Below, piece by piece: positions 55,770-64,000 of a stretch of 64,000 bases of DNA (the stretch's first letter is position 1; each line of letters opens with the position of its first letter). Both the position numbers and the translations under genes were made by a program. Source of the DNA: Bugula neritina (lineage: Eukaryota > Animalia > Bryozoa); contig OZ037768.1 in assembly GCA_964035545.1 (NCBI GenBank), positions 10,634,741 to 10,698,740 of the forward strand, read 5' to 3'. Below the pieces are notes generated by a model that ran no database searches, was not told the origin of the DNA, and was given only the letters and a program-made list of their open reading frames with translations.

Positions 55770-56420
55770 TACCATTACATTAGTATTACAATTTTACTAT
55801 TGTCTATAACTATTACTATTAGACTTAGTATAACTATAAGTATTAAAATTACTATAACATTAACAATAACTATAAAATTAAGTATAGTATAACTATAACA
55901 ATAATATTTACTATAAGCATAAATAGTATAAATATAACTTAGAGTTAGTATAAGTATAAGTATTACCGGTATTAGTGCTACTATTAGTATTACTATTAAG
56001 TATTAGTATTAGACTTTCACTTAGTATTAGTCTAACTATAAGTATAAGTATTACTATAAAATTTCAACCAGCGCCCCAAACCAAAATTTCTAAAGAAATT
56101 TAAAGAACTTAGGCTATCTCAATTTCTTCACCACTGCACCTAAATGAAACTAAAAGTAAATGTAATACTTAGTTAGTAATTTAGCAATACTAAAAGTTAA
56201 AGTAAATAACTTGAACTAATAGTAATACTAATAGTAATACTAATACTTATACTAATAGTAATACTAATACTACGTCTACTAGTAATACTAATAGTATTAG
56301 TAATACTATTAGTATTACTAGTGGACATAGTATTAGTATTACTATTACTATTACTATTAGTATTAGTATTACTGTAATAGTAATACTAATAGTAATAGTA
56401 ATTAATAAGTAGTAATTGAT
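55770..56420. repeat. AT-rich low-complexity (TAG/TAC/TAA-based) repeat region
   Basis: Recurrent ACTATAAGT/TAGTATTA/TAATAC units; similar sequence at 54360-54490, 57060-57170 and 58340-58410. Confidence 0.7.
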
Positions 56421-57179
56421 ATTGTGGCGATTTAGCAATTCTCTTATAACTATAAGTACACATTTAAAAAAAATAATATTTCATATCCATATTTATATTA
56501 ATATTAAGTTTTAATATCGTCTGTATTTATCTTTTCAAGCAAAAAGTAAAATTATCGCCATGTCCTAAAATAAAATGAAACTTCAAGCTTCGCTAAAGGC
56601 CAAAACCATTGGCATTGATTGGTCAAACCCTCTTGAAAGAAAGAAGCTAGTTGGTGCCAAAGGGTTGAGGTAGGCGTGGATTATGGATTATACCCCTCCC
56701 CTTAAATAGGCTAAAGTCTTCCTTCTCCGTAGAACTCGGACTTTTCATCAAAAAACTGACTCAAGTGACCTTCAGCTAGTGATTTCTTAAAACGAAATCA
56801 TTGATGATTGAAAAAGTCAATTCAATTTCATCATATTGGTGGTGTAAACTAAAACGGCCATTACCTAATTAAAATGATATGTAAAATATATCATATATGG
56901 TTTTATGCACTAAATAATAAACTCATGAACTGTAATACTAATAGGATTACTTTAAGTACAGTTCGCTGTTCAGTTTCAGTGGTTTTACTTTTGAGAGGTT
57001 CAAACCCTCGGACTCTAGAGTCTAGACGAACAACGTCAGCTTCAAGCTCAACTGTCGTTATTACTATTAGTATTATATTTAAATTCACTGTATTACTATT
57101 ACTGTTATTTGTATTATAATTAACTATTACTATTAGTATTAACTTTAAGTATTCACATTAATAATCATAAGACTAACAA

Positions 57180-57950
57180 TACTCACTCTGTACTCACTCT
57201 GTGTCGATAGAACATTTAGATATCACAAAAATGTGTAAGTTAAATGCCTCGTTTATAACAGTGTGTTACAGTGGGTAGGCAGTGAATCAGCATATCACTG
57301 ATTTTTGTAATTATTCATGAATATTTATTCTCAAATCCCATATTGTTCGGGGAAGAAAGCTGTTGTGGTAGACACTAGTCTTTGCAGATATTGATGTTAA
57401 CTGTCCTCTGCTCACAGCTCTAGTGGTTATAGTTGTATTTAATCGGTTGTTGACGATCTCATCATAATTAGAAAATAAAGTATTATTGCTGGTTTCATTT
57501 TCTAGAATTTTGTGTAGTAATGTCATTCGATGGTTTCGTCTTCTGGATTCTAGTGGTACCAGTTCAAGAAGATTTCTGGCTTCAGTGACACTTTCCCGTT
57601 CTTTAACAGTACTTATGAAGCGGACAGCTTTCCGTTGGACACTTTCTATGAATTCAATGGTCTGTTTACTGGTGGGATCCCATAGAGTGTCCCCATACTC
57701 CAGTATCGGTCGACACAGGCTAGTGTATGCCAATAATCGGCTTTTGGTAGGTGCAGAATGTAGTGTGTATTTAATAGCTCCAAGAATTTTGGTTGCTTTG
57801 CTGGTTTTTTGAGCGATGTGTTGGTCAAACTTTAGATCTTGCTGGAGCGTGATACCAAGATAGCGAGTCTTGTCTGTCCAAGGTATGTCAGCATCACCTA
57901 GTTTATACGCGGGTGTTTGGCTTCTTTTGTTGAATGCTATTGCAGTAACA
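57180..57950 (-). mobile_element. 5'-truncated LINE 3' end (CR1/L2/Crack group)
   Basis: Open frame ..IPWTDKTRYLGITLQQDLKFDQHI..AYTSLCRPILEYGDTLWDP..IESVQRKAVRFI..LESRRRNHRMTLLHKI..YHNSFLPRTIWD, ending at 57311; short 3' UTR and tandem tail (ACAGAGTGAGT)x2 at 57181-57202. Confidence 0.88.
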
Positions 57951-59556
57951 GTAACTCAGTAAATGACAAACTCTAAGTATTGCACTTGGTCACAAATTGA
58001 AATCGACACTCTCGGAGTCAGTCAGACATGATTTTGTTGCAACGCTTGTAAAACACTGAAAGTCAATACCACGTCAGCAGGCAAAGCGATAGTGGTAGTC
58101 TAAGTTTTAATGATAGTCAAACTCAATATCAATATGAATATGGTTATCTTCATCTTAACTGCAATGCTACTTGCAGAGCTTTACTTTGTTTTTTACAGTT
58201 GACTTGTACTTAGTCTTACTACTTAGCAATGAGTAAATCTAATGATTGGCTTTTAATTATATTTTTTGCTATTAAATTAGGAAGATAATTATAATTATAA
58301 ATCAAATTCAATATTGGTTGTGAATTTATGGTTATAGGTTATACTAACTTTAATTCTAATAGTAATACTGATAGTAATAGCTAATAGTAATAAGTAATAA
58401 TTATTACTATGGTCTCGAACTGTAAGCATGAACAATTAACTGATTAAGTAATAATAATTTAGAATATAATTCAATAGAAATGTTCTGTATTAATATTAAT
58501 TATAATATTGAATTTATGTAAAGATATTTTAAGTTATAGTCGTAAATCAAAGTTAATAATTGATTAGTTTAATCAGTGCAATAACCATAATTTATAAATT
58601 TATAGATGTAAAATCATATAAACTTTAATTTTATAAAGTTATAGTTAAAGAATGATATTATTTTTATTGGCGCATCATATAAGTTTAGATATATCAGTAT
58701 CAGACCTATCAATAAATGCATACTGATACTGTGAAGATATTACATATAGGCTATAACTTACACTAATACTAAAATTATACTTTATACTTATAACTAATGT
58801 GAGTTTCATTATTGGTGTATTTAGACTTAGTGGGACTGCTGTTACTTGTTAGTTGACTGCCAAAGTATAAGTATAAGAGTGAGTGTAAGCAGTGCACACA
58901 TTGTGGATCAGTGTCATCTATTTTAACTCTGTTATTTGCATACTCATAGTACTACTAACACTAGTAGTGATACTTATTGTAATAGTGTATATATTGATAT
59001 CATATCACATTTATCTATTATCATGACTAAGTTATTAAATTTTATATCTAATCTTACAAACTTTGAGGTTGAGTGGCGGAAAAATTAAACCCAAAATGAT
59101 AAACATGATTAACCTCTGAGTAAAAATTATAGAGTGAACAGGTTAAAAACAAAACAGTACTTCTGCCTTCTCAATCTAGATTGGTCATGAAGGGAAACGA
59201 ATATTACCGGTATTGTAGATTTGTAACATATGAGACTGGAGTTTTAAATTTATTATGAACTGTTATAAGTGCAGAATCTTTTTGAAAGAGCTTAAATTGG
59301 TTTTTTATTTAAATTTCAAATGTAAACCCTTAACTTAGTTTTAATTTCAGTCAAGTTGACTCTAAAAACAATTTTTTGGGATCCCTTGATCTGATGATAC
59401 TGTTGACTTATTTTGTTCTATATAGGTAGATTGCCAATTTTAAACTATTAGTTAAAATTCAGAATTAGACAATATTTTTCGACTATTTGGAACCATTAAA
59501 CAGGCAATACTTTTACACAGTTTCTACAGTGATTGAACAATACTCAGCCCCTCAAG

Positions 59557-61779
59557 ATGGCTACCCAAGTGAAGCGAATGAAGATGGAACATGAAGGTGC
59601 CTCAGTGCAAAGTCTCTCTTGGGATTACCCTGTGAGTTACAAGTATTTCGTAATATATTATAACAACATATTATATATATACCCTTTTCTAGATATATTT
59701 CTATTTGTAATTGCTAAAGGTACTTTTCAAAGTTAAAAAGCGCCATCAATTTACGATAAAACAAGCTGTTTGGCTAACATTTGACAAATTGTTATACATT
59801 TAGTAAAAACACGATTTAAGAAAATTAACATCTTATAAAACATAACTTAATTTTGAGCAAATGCTGTTGACCTCTAGAAAAAAATTAACTTGGCATAAGC
59901 TCTTATTTAACCAATAAAAACTATCAATCTAATTTCTAGTTTTTATATGCTTTTTTTATTTGTTTTGTTTTGTTTATTTGTTTTATTTGTTATTTATTTT
60001 GTTTCTTTTTCATTAAATTAAGTTATATTATAATAGTGTTTGACCGTAGGTAAGATTTGAACCACATTTTAGTAATTAGATTTTGGGACTGGACTCATAT
60101 GATACCAAATTCTCCAGTCATGTGGAGTGAGGATTGTTCAACTACAAATGATTTCAGAATTATTTTTTGCCTCCAAGAAAATGTCTACCAACCTTAAAAT
60201 TTGCCAATAGTGTATATCTGTAGGGTATATACATATATATCAAATACAAGAAATCTTAGACACACCTGCCACTATTTTACCTGATGTAGTGACCAATTTG
60301 TTTTTTAAGGTTCATCTTGTTGGAGAGAAGGTTAATGATCCTGATTTGGTCAACTGCTGTTCTCAGTGTTTTCTACCGATACTTATTTATGGACGAATGG
60401 TAGGCATGCCTCGATAATTTCCTATTCTTGAAATTGAAAATTTGCTTCATAATTTGTTCAGGTTTTCACTTGGTTTGACTTGATTTGAAGATTGCATGCA
60501 GTTACAATTGGTTCAATTGTTTGAAGGCATTTTTATGCTAGAATTATACTTTATTTTGCAGCAATCTAAAGTTTAAATTGCAGCATTGCTTATTTTTTCA
60601 GAAAAGTCCATATTTAATTTTTTACATGTTGAACTTTTTATAATCAATGTTGTAAATAATATACGTCAATTCAAGTAAAATGCTATGTTGCTATTTATAT
60701 TTCTTCTAAACTGCTTACAATCTGCCTAACAAATTTTAGTGATTTACAAATGGACTTTTAGATTCCCTGCAAGCACGTCCTATGTTTAGATTGTGCCAAG
60801 AAGTTTAGTACAGCTTCCTGTTACAAGTAAGTTTTGTTGCATTTTATAATTCTAGCAGCAGATTTACAGTTACATGGTAATTGATTTAACTGTGTTTAAG
60901 CGATTATGCCAATACAAATGTTTTAATATAATTATATATCCAGTATGCATGTGTGCATGTTACAGGTGTGGTGAAAAGGTAACAAGAATTGAGCAGAATC
61001 CTCTGGGCACAGTGTTTGTATGTTCTTACGGGGGTCCTCGCCACGGCGCTGGGGGTTGTAAGCGTTCATATTTATCATTTCGTGACATGGAAGCTCATAT
61101 TAAACATCGGCATAAGAAAAAAGAGCCAGCGACCAACAATCCTGTTCAAACGATAGGTCAGCCCCAGTTAGTGAACCTTGCACAGTTACCTCCAAGCAAT
61201 CTGACACAGCCCCCTCCCAATCTCATTCAACCTAGTCCTCATGCATTCATAAGGCCTCCATCTCACATGCCTCCCCATAGTCACATGGTGAATGTGACAC
61301 ACCCGCCGCCCGGCATTATACAAAATAGTAATTTGCCGCCTCCGCCTAGAATGAGTGTTAGTCTACAGCAACCTCACGTCATGACGATGCAAGGCAATAT
61401 GGCCACCATGTCGGGAGGACAGCGAATTCGACCTGGACCCATGCCAATTATGCAGACAGCCGTGCCAACTGGGCCTCCAAGGCATCCTTTACCTGGCTCA
61501 AATATTTCCGTTCATCATCAAATGATGGGTTCAAATCGTCCACCAGGTCATCAGATGCCTCCTCGGCCACAACAGTTGCAGGGAGCTCCACCTTCTAGAC
61601 CACACAGACATGTTCGTCCGCAGCAATCTATAAATCCTCCTACAGCCAGCTCTAAATCACATGGCAACTTAATATCTATTCCTATTCAAGGATCTGATAA
61701 TTGGACAGAATCTGGACAACAATGGTCAAACCAAAATCAATCAGGCCAGCATCATAGACCTGGACAGTATAACAGTTGA
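59557..61779 (+). CDS. CBLL1: E3 ubiquitin ligase Hakai (m6A writer complex subunit), ~347 aa
   Basis: Exons 59557-59631, 60310-60399, 60762-60826, 60966-61779 (1044 nt). LSWDYPVHLVGEK; [33 protein letters not shown]; HYB zinc motif [20 protein letters not shown]; Pro/His/Gln-rich tail with NLISIPIQ. Confidence 0.93.
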
Positions 61780-62212
61780 TTTTACTAATTGTCTCTTAGT
61801 GTTGTAAAGTTTTTTATTAGTTTGGTACAATAAAATAATGTGATTTAAAAAAACGCCTTTGCTAGAATATAAAAATTTGTTGTAGTTTAAACTCTACCAC
61901 TAATGCTCTGGTACCAGACTACCGCGCATAATGTTGAACTAACTAATTTCACTTTTGAGCTTTGAGTAGCTAAATTTCAACTGTTTTAGAAAATGGTACT
62001 GAAAATATCAGTATTTTCTACATTAATTTTTTGCATTGATAAATGATAATTACTGTATGGTATAAAATCTGTAAACTTTATAGTCATAGCTCTTGTAATT
62101 TTCATAATCTGATTATTGCTGTTGGATTTTATTAGCAAAATCAAGGGTAGGATTATATATTGGCTGGTATTTTATTCCCTTATAGAAATGTAATGATATC
62201 ATGAAAAACCAA

Positions 62213-62232
62213 TCAATAAAAACATTTATTGA
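62213..62232. terminator. Candidate bidirectional polyadenylation signal (AATAAA on both strands)
   Basis: TCAATAAA-AACA-TTTATTGA between convergent CBLL1 and UBE2N. Confidence 0.45.
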
Positions 62233-62483
62233 AAACTAACAGTAAGGTAAAATAAATGAAGCACAGCATTACGTTTATTACAAAGTGCTCTACACTAGAT
62301 TTCAGTCTCATGAAACTGCCTCATGACTAAGAGCAAAAAGTTCAAGCTATGGAACTGTTTGTAAGTGGCTTATAGCCTTTTAGTTGATATACATGTTCTC
62401 CAGGTGCTGTAGTTGTATATATGCATGTAGATGTTCATATCTAGGTATTGCTCGAAAGTCAGGTTTATTTTAAAAAAATCTTT

Positions 62484-63811
<1,328 letters not shown>

Positions 63812-64000
63812 TGTGGTTTATTTAGGATCTTTGAATACTATTGTAGGGATGACCTAAAGTAACCAGTGAGTAAAATAATATATTAGTTTGATTTGAAAAC
63901 TGTAAATGCCTCTTTAAAAACGATGATTTATTGATGATTGAAATTTGAGCATACTTGAATATTCTGTGAATTTTTGTTCCGAATACTCCAAAATTTAATG

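Noticed and set aside
56975-57055. tRNA-like or SINE head on the minus strand (GGTTTGAACC B-box-like)
   Set aside because: No convincing A box, cloverleaf or second copy in the window.

Overview
AT-rich, intron-rich metazoan (invertebrate) genomic DNA, not prokaryotic; the species cannot be determined from sequence alone. Six spliced protein-coding genes were reconstructed by hand from splice sites with consistent phases. (1) The 3' part of a neurobeachin-like BEACH-WD40 gene (+, to 7729). (2) A complete SLC6 amino-acid-type transporter (+, 8955-18746, ~641 aa). (3) A complete laminin beta chain (-, 40548-20480, 29 coding exons, ~1774 aa). (4) A USP19-like MYND-containing deubiquitinase (-, 54178-44392, ~780 aa) that apparently lacks the N-terminal CS domains. 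(5) Hakai/CBLL1 (+, 59557-61779). (6) UBE2N/Ubc13 (-, 63811-62484; GC-AG first intron). Introns and intergenic DNA hold an R4/Dong-like RLE retrotransposon relic, a CR1/L2-group LINE 3' end, two copies of a tRNA-derived SINE, two TIR elements and many mini/microsatellites. Main observations: (a) four splice junctions are tandemly duplicated, leaving intact decoy splice sites whose use would cause premature stops; (b) four intronic minisatellites of different period share a CTA(T/C)AC(A) core; (c) laminin-beta, USP19 and CBLL1 are adjacent, echoing the human LAMB2-USP19 and LAMB1-CBLL1 linkages; (d) USP19 may be uncoupled from the Hsp90 system; (e) the SLC6 substrate pocket is atypical.
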